Shown in pieces: positions 13,211 through 24,201 of a stretch of 64,000 bases of DNA. The notes under the pieces are model-generated. The model ran no database searches, was not told the DNA's origin, and saw only the letters and a list, made by a program, of their open reading frames with translations. Position 1 is the first letter of the stretch. Every line of letters begins with the position of its first letter. Source of the DNA: Podospora anserina (lineage: Eukaryota). Location of the stretch: the NCBI GenBank assembly GCA_017654855.1, contig CM030333.1, positions 4,216,001 to 4,280,000 of the forward strand. Direction: 5' to 3'. Made by a program: the position numbers and the translations under genes.

Positions 13211-15052
13211 TGGTAAAAAGTTGCAATGGGATGGAAAGACAAAAGAACAATGCCATGCTCACAGGGCGTCACCGGGACGGAGTTTTTTCAGGACCGACAA
13301 ACACACAGCAGCTGGGACCTCCATGTTCCTCGTTGACACATGGGAATCAATACGCCCCTGACAAGAATTTCATTCAAAGCTCGATAATACACCATGGTTC
13401 AAGGTTCGGGACATGCGGGATGGGCTATACAGGACAGGTGGGCGTGCATAGCGAGGCGTGGACAGGGTATATGGTCACATTTCTCCAAGGTCAGTGGTAC
13501 CGGACCTGAGACTTGCTCCTTTTCTGTGTGTTTCCAAGCTCGCTTTTCCCTTCAACGCTTTCTGCGTTTTTTGTTTGATTCGCAGTTGCTTTCTTGCTTT
13601 CTTTGTTTCTTTCTTTCTTTCTCTGCTTTATCTGCTGCGTATTTCAAGTCACTCATTTCTGCGGTGGAATCAAAATACATTTTTATGGCTGGCTGGCTGG
13701 ACGGGGAAGGGGACGGGTACGGGGGGAGGCGAAGGGTGTTGGCTTTGGGACTGGGGTCTGGGTTGGTCGGTAGGAAGGGATGGGAAGCGTAACCGGACAG
13801 CGAAAGGGGTACGGTTGGGGTGTTTTCTTTCTTCTTGTTTGTGCCCATGTTGTGTGTTTAAATTTACTACTTGAGAATTGTTGTTGTCTCTGTTCTGTTT
13901 CGTTCTTGTTGTTCTACCCACCTTATGCATCTCACAATTTCCACATACCTTCTCCTCGAGGATCTCGACCTACCTCAAGTCAACTCAACCAACTACACCT
14001 CACATATATCGGGTCACTCACCTTTTGCTGTTCAGTTGTTATACTTACCTTGTACCCTACTACTTGCTTCCGTTTTGATGCCAGTGTTTGTTTGCTTGTG
14101 TCAACCCTCAGATTTGTGGGTTTTTTTTGGACGATTTTTTGGACGATAGATTGCTTTGCTGACTGAACGAGGCATGAAGTGGGGGGCATGATGAAAAAAA
14201 CGTTCTGATGCGATTTATGATGACTGTCCTATGAAAAAAAACCCTATAAAAATAATAAAAAAAATAAAATAAAAAGGAAAAGAAAAGAAAAAGGGCCGGA
14301 GCCCAATGCAAGAAAAGCGAACAGTGGCCTTGCCCACTGTCAAGACGACAAAATGTACGCATGTGACGAGGCCTAGAATAGCGCCCGAACGAGTGGCGTC
14401 GATGCGATTCATAATTGTCTCACTGGAGAATATGGCTATATTAGCACATGCGTAACTTTTGCCGTTTTGACAGTGGGCAAGGCCATTGTTCCCTTTTCTT
14501 GCCTTGGCCTCCGGCCATTTTTTTTTTATAAAAAATATAAAAATTACTTATCATGGCTATATACTAGGCCGGGGCATAGCGTGGCGCCACTTCTTTCTTC
14601 TCGACTGTTTGGCTGCAGACCAAGCTGCGTGTTATAAGACACTTTTGGAGATTTGTGTCAAGGTGACCAAATGGGCGATGGAGGTGGTTCAACAGAGGAG
14701 CGGGCATGGGTTTGTGAGGGTTTTTAAAAAGGTGGCTGGCTGGCTTATTCAACCCGAGATTGTGTCATATTGGTTTTTTTGATAGGGCTGGTGAATCAAC
14801 CTTCTGACCCTGGGATTTGGAGCTGTTGAGCGATGTTTCACTGTGAGTATGATGATGATGTTTGGGATTTGGGTGTTTTTGGCATTGGTTTTGGCATGAC
14901 ATGGCGATAGGATACCCCTTTGACAAATTAACTTATTAACTCACTAACTATTTGGACTGTTTTGGTCCCTTTACACAACGGTCCATTGACACATTTCTCG
15001 TTTACACATGAACGACACACTACTCATTCTCATCACTCACTCACTACCCACA

Positions 15053-15083
<31 letters not shown>

Positions 15084-15881
15084 CTTCTCTCACCTCCCAT
15101 CAACATTCATTCACACATACTCTCTCTCTCTTTCTCTTCATCATCAACCTTCTTCACAGAGCAAAACAATCCCAATAATGCATTTCTAAAGAAAGCTAAC
15201 TTACAACAAACCGCGTTAGTTGATTCTCTCTCTCTCTCTCGCGCTCTCGCTCTCGCCTACCTATTCGACTTTCATACATACATCATAGATTCAGCGTACC
15301 TACATACTATGGGCAATCTCTTTGCGTAATGATGATTATAATTATAATTCCATCACTGTTCAATACCTTGCTTGTTGCTCCCGTGGAGAAACATATATCA
15401 CACACATCATGTCCTGCTTAGTTGTAACTATATCATTGAACGAGATACCCCTTGGTTTGTTTGCTTTGGATTGCACTACACCCTTGACAGCAAATCCCGT
15501 GTTAGGGAGACAAATATCTGCTTTTCAGGGGCGGGAAACTTGAATTCTTTTTTTTTTTCAAATTTTCTTTTTGTCTCTTCTTGTTTCCCCTCTCACTGGG
15601 GATGGTACACCAAGGACTTTTTCGTCCGTGTACCCGGAGGAGGTACGGGTACATACATACATGAACCGATATCACTTGTTTCAATAATCAACACACTTCA
15701 TATACGGAACATAGTTAAGAAAATAAATAAGAAAGAAAAAAAAGAAAGAAAAAAAAGAAAGAAAAAAAAGAAAGAAAAAAAGAAAAGAAAAGGAAGAAAC
15801 AAGAGAATATTCTCACTCACCTACCTGGAGGTTACAACCTTTACTTACTTACCCACTCCCTAACAGAGAGAACAAAGACGC

Positions 15882-16007
15882 TCACTCACTCCCTCACTCA
15901 ATCCTTCACTCACTCACTCCCTCACTCACCTACCTACCTACCTCCATAACACCTACCTACCTACCTCCATAACACCTGCCTACCTACCTCCATAACACCT
16001 ACCTACC
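15882..16007 (+). repeat. Compound (CTCA)n/(CTAC)n microsatellite with about 3 copies of a ~23-nt unit ending in cctccataaca
   Basis: Read directly from the sequence. Confidence 0.85.
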
Positions 16008-16267
16008 TAGCGAGCATCCTCAACCCCAACCCCCTCCCCGCCCCGCCCCGTCCCCGCCCCGTCCCGTCCCGTTTCATCCCCTGTCTCACCCCCCATCATG
16101 CTTCGTAAAGCAATAATCCCTCGTCTCACACCCCCCTTTCGTCTAAACACCCTACTAACCACCTGCTGACACTGGGGGTTGCTGCACGTAAGATCCTCCC
16201 GTCTAACGTCGTGTTCCCTGCCGCAGACGCAGCAGGTCCAGGTCGTGACATAAACGGTGACGGGCAT
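16007..16267 (-). CDS. Small Cys-rich hypothetical protein (86 aa), possible zinc ribbon
   Basis: ATG in aaaATG context; WTCCVC-x12-CSNPQC; TATA-like GTATTTAA at 16365-16358; C-rich start and G-rich end like neighbouring genes. Confidence 0.5.
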   Translation of the reverse strand: MPVTVYVTTWTCCVCGREHDVRREDLTCSNPQCQQVVSRVFRRKGGVRRGIIALRSMMGGETGDETGRDGAGTGRGGEGVGVEDAR

Positions 16268-17574
16268 TTTCGCGAGGTCAATGTTGTGGTCTGCAGGTAT
16301 TAGTTGGTGGTGATGGTGATTGATGGTGATGAGAGAGAAGCGAGGGACAGGGGATTGTTAAATACAACATCCAGGGGGAGAGTGACATGGAGAGAGTGAT
16401 GATAACTATAGCGTTGTCTCTTGAGATGGAAACAACGCCATTGTCCCCTTGGATTTCTGTACAATTTCCTACCTACTCTACTCGCTTCGCAAGGGCAATA
16501 ACATGCCGTTAGAGCGGTTGAAAGGAAGCCACAGACGACATACTCACCCAGAATAACTAGTTCAACACAGACAAGTCCTCGCTAGTCAAACCAGCACACC
16601 GGACACTTCACACTTCACAACACAAATCCATCCATCCATCTGGAATGGAACCCTCCGTTTCTTAACCCCTACTCGCTATATCAAATTCTGTTCTGTCTCG
16701 CTATACCTCCCTCCCCCCCCCCTTTCCCCACAACCCAACCCAAACCATAAAAAAACACAAAAGAAACAAAAAGAAAACCCCATGATGCATGCACAACCCC
16801 CAACCAGTCAATGACAACCTCAAAATATTCAAATTTCGCCACGACCCAGAGAGCCTCAAGAGACAAACCACACAAAGTCCACGCAAGAACAAAAAGAAAC
16901 AACGCTTTAAACAAGCAAATCACCCTCCCCCAGCTCAACCCCCCACCCCCACCATCCACATCCTCGGCCTCTACCCCTTCACCCGTCTACTCACCCTCCC
17001 GAACCTAACCCTCCTCCTCTCAACCCTCTTAGCCAGCTTGTTCCTCTCACTCAACTCCTTTGACAACATCCACGACAAAAACCCCTCTCCCGTCTTCAGA
17101 TTCTCCCTCTGGGCCCCAACAATCCCAATCAGATCCTCCACAACATCAGCCACAGCCTCCACCTCCTCGTTACCCCTGCCGGGACCCTTGATCAAGAACC
17201 AAAAGTGTCCATTCCAGCTTCTCGTAGAATTGCTCGCCATCTTGCCTTTATCTCCGAAAGGATTGAATGGCGCCGGCGATCGTCTGGTGATTAGGACCGA
17301 GAGTAACCTGGATAAGCTGGCAGGCTCTCGGTTGCGAAGGAGGCGGTCACTGCCCCCATCTTCACCCCAGTCGTGATCATCGCTGTTGTCATGATTTACC
17401 GCCACCGCCTCCTTGACCACCTCCATCACCACCCTCACCCCAGAATAAACGCAATATTTTCGCAAAATACGCGTCTTCAGTTGCCCTCTTGTTTTGAATT
17501 AACTCCCGCACTTTGGCTTCCACAGAAGCGATAACAACCCTCGCTGGTAACAGCGCAACCCGACCCGGAGCCCT

Positions 17575-20028
17575 CTAAGCCAACTCATGAGCCCCCACTT
17601 CCTCCTCCTCCTCCCCCTCCTCCCCTTCTTCCTCCTCCCCTTCTTCCTCCTCCCCATCCTCCTCATCATTACCCCCATCTCCTCCAGGCCCCCCACCAGC
17701 ACCACCACTCCCATTCCCACTTAACCCCCAGCCATTCGCCGCACCTGTCCTAGAAGGCCCCCCACCCGACGTCCCATTAGTCGTCGACCTCTGCCCCGGG
17801 ACCGACTGCGCCCTCGCAGCAGCCCATTGTCTCGCCCGCTCAGGACTCGTCCATCTATTACCAGCAGGTAGTCAGCACCCCTTACCTTCGACATGAAAAA
17901 CTAAAAAAAAGAAAAACTCACATTTTCACCCTCCCCTCATCCCCACAAGTAGCATACATCCCCGCATCCCTCGGATTCCAACAAACCGAATTCACCCTCG
18001 GGCTATGCGCCATCTTCTTGTGCACCAACTGCCCCGTCGTCCTGTGCCAGACAAACACGTTCCCGTCCTCGCTCCCGCTGATCACAAGGTTCTCGCCCGC
18101 TCCCCCAAACCCCGCCCGGATAATCACCTCGCCCCCCGTGTGCCCCTTGTACTTTTGAAACACCTCCTTCGTCCCAAAGTCGTACAACAGCGCCTCGTCA
18201 TCGACCGTGTTGACCAACAACCACTTTGAGTCCTGACTCAGGCTGACGCTAGTGAGCCTGCTCTCCAGTATCAGGTCGACCTCGTACTCCCGACGAGGGA
18301 TGTGGTAGATATGCACGCCGCGCCTGTCGTCCATGGCCACCAGCCACTCCCCATTCGCCGACACGACCAGGTCCTCGGTCCTATGCCGCCTGGTCCAGTT
18401 GTAGAGCAAACTTCCAGACAGGTCCCACTCACACAGCGACTTGGCCTTGTCAAGAGACCCAGTAATGAAGGTCCTCCCATCCGGCAGCCACCCAGCACTG
18501 CTGACTGGCTCCCCAAACTTCTCGAGCGCCACGACCAGTTCCCCCGTCTGCGTGTTCCACACCTTGGCCTGCCCATCCATACTACAGCTCAAAAGCATCG
18601 TGCTGTCGGGGCTCCACGCAATGTTGGACACCTCAGCGTCGTGCGTGTTGATCACACGCACGTGGTTAAACGTCTGCGTGTTCCAGATGCAAATACCCTT
18701 GGCACTACCGCAGGTTGCGAGGCGTTCGCCGTTGGGCGAGAACCTTATCTGCCACACCTCTCCCTGCTGCTTATCCAGCTCCACCATGACCTCGGTTGGG
18801 AACTGAGAGTGCTCGCACCGGTGATCCGAGTAGAGCGACGGCGGGTTTGTCGTCGTGTGATAGAGACACTTTTCTATCTGGTTGTTTTTCAGATCGTTGA
18901 GAAGCACAGCAAGTCTCTGTTCGGGGAGCATCACCGAGGGTGATATGGATTCTGTCGTCCCAAGTCAGCAAAACCCATAATCCAACAACTTGGAAACCAT
19001 CAACCTACCAGATAGCTTCCTCAACAACTTCCGTCTGCTATCCCCTCCGGCCCCATCCCACTCGGCCTTGCGCCTCAGATCCTCCTGGTCTTGACACATT
19101 AGATACTTACTCAAGGTGCTGATAATATGCGGCTGATCCTTGCAAAGCGGCGTCAGCTCTCTCCTCAGGACCGCCAACGCCTTGTTCCTCTCGCCCTTCT
19201 CCAGAAGCTCCAGAAACTTTTGCTGCCTAAGTCTGAACCTCATCGAGTTGCGGTCCGCCCCAGGAGCGAGAATCAACCCTCCCAGTCCCCCTCCCCCGGC
19301 CCCCAAAGCAGGCTCTCCGCATTGTCCCATCTCCCCTCCAGCACCGCCGCCCGGAAAGCCGCCACGTTCGGTGACTCGACCTCGTACCCCGACTGCTGCG
19401 AGACTATCTGGGCCGCATCGGCATACCCCAAGTCATCCAGAGCTTGTATAAGAATCCTCGTGACTTCCTCACGGTCGTGACCAAAGTAATCTGGCGGGAC
19501 GCCGCCTCGGAGGTGGAGGGACGAGTACATGTCCTCGTTGTTGTTGTTGTTGTTGTTGTTGGTGTTGTTGGTGTTGTTGGTGTTGTTACCGTTTCCGGTT
19601 TCGGTGTTGCTTTTGTTGCGTCTAAAAGTTGAACCGTTGGAAGCCCAACCGGCTCTGTAGGATGATGATGATGATGAGGGTTGGGAATCGTAGTCGGTTC
19701 TCATGCCTTCTTCTCCAGTTCGTAATCTCTTGTTCGGTCGTGTTTGTTGTTGTTGAGGTACCAAAATGCCGGCGGTGGCGTCTTCGCCTTGAGAAGGCAG
19801 GTCCTCAGACTCGTCGCCCCGCTGCCTCCTTCCTAATATCTGCTGTGTTGTCGTCAGGTTGGGAGGGTTGGAAGCGGCGGCGGTGGTGGCAGAGGTGATT
19901 CCAGCCGAGGGGGCCTGCGGAGCGGGCTGCAACAACGATGCTATCGTCGAGGCTTGGGTAGGACTCGCAGTGGTGGTGGTGGAGGTGGCTGACGTAGTGT
20001 TGAGGGTTGGGGGTTGCTGGTCTGCCAC
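17575..20028 (-). CDS. GID7: GID7/WDR26-like LisH-CTLH-WD40 subunit of the GID/CTLH E3 ligase; one-base frameshift at about 19300; start codon uncertain
   Basis: LisH-like REEVTRILIQALDDLGYADAAQIVSQQSG; CTLH-like FRAAVLEGRWDNAE..MRFRLRQQKFLELLE; SVMLPEQRLAVLL; WD40 repeats ending ISGSEDGNVFVWH..VNSVCWNP. Introns 19008-18952 and 17921-17855; TAG at 17577-17575. Confidence 0.85.
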
Positions 20029-21239
20029 GGCGATGGATGTTGGGGATCCGCGGGACTGGGGTTCTGTCCTCGCGGAATGCCTGTGGAAATGGTTGGGTTA
20101 AGGGGGCTAGGATATGAAGAGGAGAGGAGAGAAGAGGTAAGCAAATGTAATCGGCGGCGGGAATTGTTGAGTTGATGGGCACGGGCAAACGTGCGTGGAA
20201 AGCTTCTTTCTATGGATGTCGTCGTATTGCTTTGATGTGACGGGTCGTCGGAGCTAAGATACGGTAGCGGACTTGCTGGCTGAGTGAGGGGCAACAACCC
20301 CAAGTGGCTTGCTGACGTGCCGTCACTGCTGCTCCGGGGCTTGATAATTGTTAGTGAAGGACGTGGAGGTTGAGGCCGTGCCTTTTTAACCCCGATGGTG
20401 AAGAAAGAGAAAGAAGAATAACGATTGAGCGATATGCCCTCTAGTGATACCAAAACTTATTTTCAAGGAGGATGTTGGATTTGCAAATTCCAGAGCTTGA
20501 GAAGAATGTCTGGGGTCTCTGGAAGGGGGGATGTTGGGATGCTGGGCATGTGCCTGTTCTGACAAGCATCCAATGCCGCCTACATGCGGTAAGAGCATCT
20601 GTGACCTACCTTACCCGGGAAGCTACGACAGCGATGAGATGGAGCTACAAGGAAAGAACGATGTGTATGAGCTCAGTCAATGATTGTTTATATCATAAAT
20701 CCTTTGCTTTGTCGAATGTCATTGTAAAGTATCAAAAGCTCTGGGTGCATATGTGGCTTGTCCCTCGTGATCGAGTGGGGACACCCACTGGCCAGTTGGT
20801 GCCTCACTGTGTTCTTCAGCGTGCGATTGGCCTGGGGAACAGCCTCATACTCTTATCGCGTGTGAGTGCAGCTTTAATGAAAGCCTAGATTATTAGTTCC
20901 CTCTATCTTGGTTTCAAAGAGTTGCACCACCACCTCTCTGTCTAAATCATCTCACACAGGTAAATCCCCCTCCTCAATCACGTCTGCAAAAACACTCCCA
21001 GTGCAAAAAAATAAATAAATATACATATAAATATATACTCAACGCCACTTGCTAAAATGCCATGCCATGCTAATAAATATATGCTACAGCTACAACGCCT
21101 CAATCCTAATCTACTCTCCCCCCTCCCCTTCCCTTCCTCTCCCTTTTGACCACCTCTTATATACACCATCTCCTCATCTCATCCCATCTCATCCCATCCC
21201 TCTCATAATCTCTCTCGCAAAAAAACTCCTCGTCGTCTC

Positions 21240-21257
21240 AAAAAAAAGAAAAAAAAG

Positions 21258-21336
<79 letters not shown>

Positions 21337-21362
21337 AAAAAAAGAAAAAAAAGAAAAAAAAA
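21240..21362 (+). repeat. Long poly(A) tract with an uninterrupted A run of about 77 nt
   Basis: A run at 21258-21334, flanked by A-rich units interrupted by G. Confidence 0.95.
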
Positions 21363-22089
21363 GGGTATAATGGACTCCCAAGAAACCAAAAAATAAATAA
21401 AAACGGAAGTCGTTTAAGATAAAAGCGGGAATCATGTAATACAGAGAATAGGCGTCAAATCAAAACCCCAAAAACGTAATAATGCAAGTTGTGCATTCCT
21501 CCTCTTTATCTTCATCAATCCCCGTCTCTCTCTCCATGTCAAAGACGCCATCGTGGTAAATAAACTATCAAAACGCCCAAAAAGTGCAGCAAAATGTTTG
21601 TTGTGGTTGTTATTCCCTCATGACTTGTCGTCCGTAAGGTCGTCGTATGTGAAGATGATGCCGGGGGCGTGTTTGGTGGTGGTGGTGTAATGCGTAGAGT
21701 TTACAAAAAAAATAATTTAAGAAAACGCCGTTGATATTAAAAAGCATGAAAAAGAGTCCAAGAAATCCAGGATGAAAAAGCCACAGATGATACAAGCGAC
21801 GACAGCAGAATGAGAACAACCATGAGAATCATATCCACAACTCGGGTGGTATCCAGCAACGGCCCCTCTCGTTCGTACAACAGTGGATACCAAAACAGGC
21901 ACCCGGGGGAACCAGGCATCTGGATCCTTTCGCTCCCACAAAAATCACGTCTCTGCCGGGTTCCCCCTCTCAAACATCGTGTCATCGTCTGATGCTGGTC
22001 CTCATCCGAGCATTGCAGCATCGCATCGTTCGATTTTCCTTCGATTTTCCAGAATGCCCCTTAGGTCGGCAGTTATCGGCAGTTGCTCG

Positions 22090-23590
22090 TTAGAGAAACC
22101 CCCCTTCGCCAGCACCGAAGACACCGACGCTGCCGCGCCATCCGCAGCGATCACGCTCGCTCATCGAAGTTGGCGACTGCGGTGGCAGGGGTGCTGGTGG
22201 AGCAGCCCGGGGATGGAGGTGGTGAAGACTCTGAGGTGGTGATTGCGGCATGGGAGGGTCGGCCGCTTCGCCGTTGCTCCCCCGGCTGCTGGTGTTGCTT
22301 GTGTTGGTCTGGACCAGCAACAAGCTGCTCGTACTGCTCAGCCTCTTGGTGAACTCGCTAAAGCTCAGGCGTTTGGCGCTCGAGTTGGATTGCCGCTTTT
22401 CCGTCTGGCTTCGTTGCAGAGGAGGGGGCGAGCCTGGGCCGAGGTTGGACAGTGAATCCTCGCCCAGCGCCGTTGAGGGAGAAGAGGCAATGATGGTCGC
22501 CAGCTGTGGTTGGGAGTGTGTTCTTTGAGACATGCCTGGCCTCGTCCGGTTGCCAGAGTAGCCTGTCTGGGGTCGAACACCGCTACTCGATGACAATGCC
22601 ATTAGAGCCTCATGGTTATAGCTAAGCGGGGTCTTGATCGAGTGAGTTCTTGGTGGCGGGTGAGGTCGGTCTCGTAGGTCTGGTCGTCCAGAAATGTAAT
22701 TCAAGGCCCGCTGAGCCGAACTGTGGTGGGATGAAAACCGGTCACCGTCCAAATCCGCCTCATCAAATGCCCCATCGCTATCGTCATCATCATCGTCGTC
22801 ATATTCCGAGGAATCATCATCCAAGTCCCAAGCGCTTTTCAGCCCAGTTTGTTCGTCCAGGGCTGAAACTGACGCTGAAGCCGCGGCGGCTGTCTCTGCC
22901 TTCCGCCTGGCATCCTCAGCTTCTCGCTGCCTCCTTTTGTCATCCATGTCTCGCATAAGAGCATCAAATCGGGCCAATGAAGTCAGTTTCTCCTCGCCAG
23001 GAACTTCACGTTCTGAGCCGGGAATGCGCCGCATTTGGAAAGCACGATCCAGAATGGTTTCCCGTGGCCCTGGAGGCGATGTACCGGCATCCATAATAGG
23101 CGCAAGTGGTGTTGGGCCCGAACTGACACTCCCCCGTTCCCTCACCGGTGAGCTGAGAGCCGAGGACCGCCCTTGTGCCGAAGTCCACCCCTCGATAAAC
23201 TCGCCCTGGTACTCGCCAACGGTGGTGGCCGGGGACGGGAGGTCGGCCGGGAGCATAGTGGTGTAATTCTGGAAAGCCATATGGTGCGTCTGAATCGAGC
23301 TCGTGGCCGACGAAAGATCACTTCGCTTGGATCGCAGACTTGGTGAATCCGAGAAAGTCACAGGGCGGTCGCGCCCAGAGTGCGTCGTGTGGCCCCTGGT
23401 GAATCCGGGTCGCGGTCCAGCATTCCCGCTGCCTGGCCTCTGGCTGTCGCTTAATTCCCTTGGACGGGTAAAAGGGTTGACAAATGTTGGCGAAGCGGGC
23501 GTGACCGGGCTCAGGGGCGCTCTGCCTGGCGGCATATTGGGCTGAATGAGCTGCTGGATGAAGCGAGACCAGTCCTGGAGATTGTATCTG

Positions 23591-23621
<31 letters not shown>

Positions 23622-24201
23622 GTTGCTCATCCAGGGTACGGAGCAACAGCTGTGCCGGTCCTGTGTCCTTGTTGGACGTGAAGCCAGCCGTACGACTTGA
23701 GCGTCGTTTCCGCAGCTTGTCCGCAATCGGGTCTGGAATAATGTTGATGACCAGAGTCGGGAGGACAGGTCCTTGTTTACGATGGGCCATCATCTGCACC
23801 TGACAGTCGGTGATGCTGTTGATTGAGTACTGCTGTGAAGGTTCTTGGTCGTCCTATCGATGCCACATGTTAGGTCACGCCACCCTTCGAATCGGTTCTC
23901 CTCGTCTTTCCCAAAGCACAACTCACTTTGGACTTGTAGATCGACAGATAGATGCCTTCGGATGGCACTCTGAACAGCTCCCTGGGAGCCGAGCTCCTGT
24001 TGGACGGCGCGCGGATGATACCGGCCGTCCGGTCCCGCTGGGGGCCACCCACAACCAGATATCGAGGCTGGTGACACAAGGTCGTCAGTACAACTTGTCC
24101 ACTTGCCGGTCTTCTCAACAGCATCCTTCTCAACACACCTTCCACAACGCCCTCCCAATGATCGTGCCCCTATCCGGGGGCACGCTCAAGTATCCCTCCA
24201 T
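22090..24201 (-). CDS. Fungal hypothetical protein with a PH-like N-terminal domain and an S/P-rich tail
   Basis: ATG at 24201 (MEGYLSVPPDRGTIIGRALWK); introns 24138-24068 and 23926-23854 keep the frame (PRYLVV..IYLSIYKSK|DDQEPSQQYSINSITDC). MEGYL..WKPRYLV..LSIYK resembles the start of a PH fold. Confidence 0.8.
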
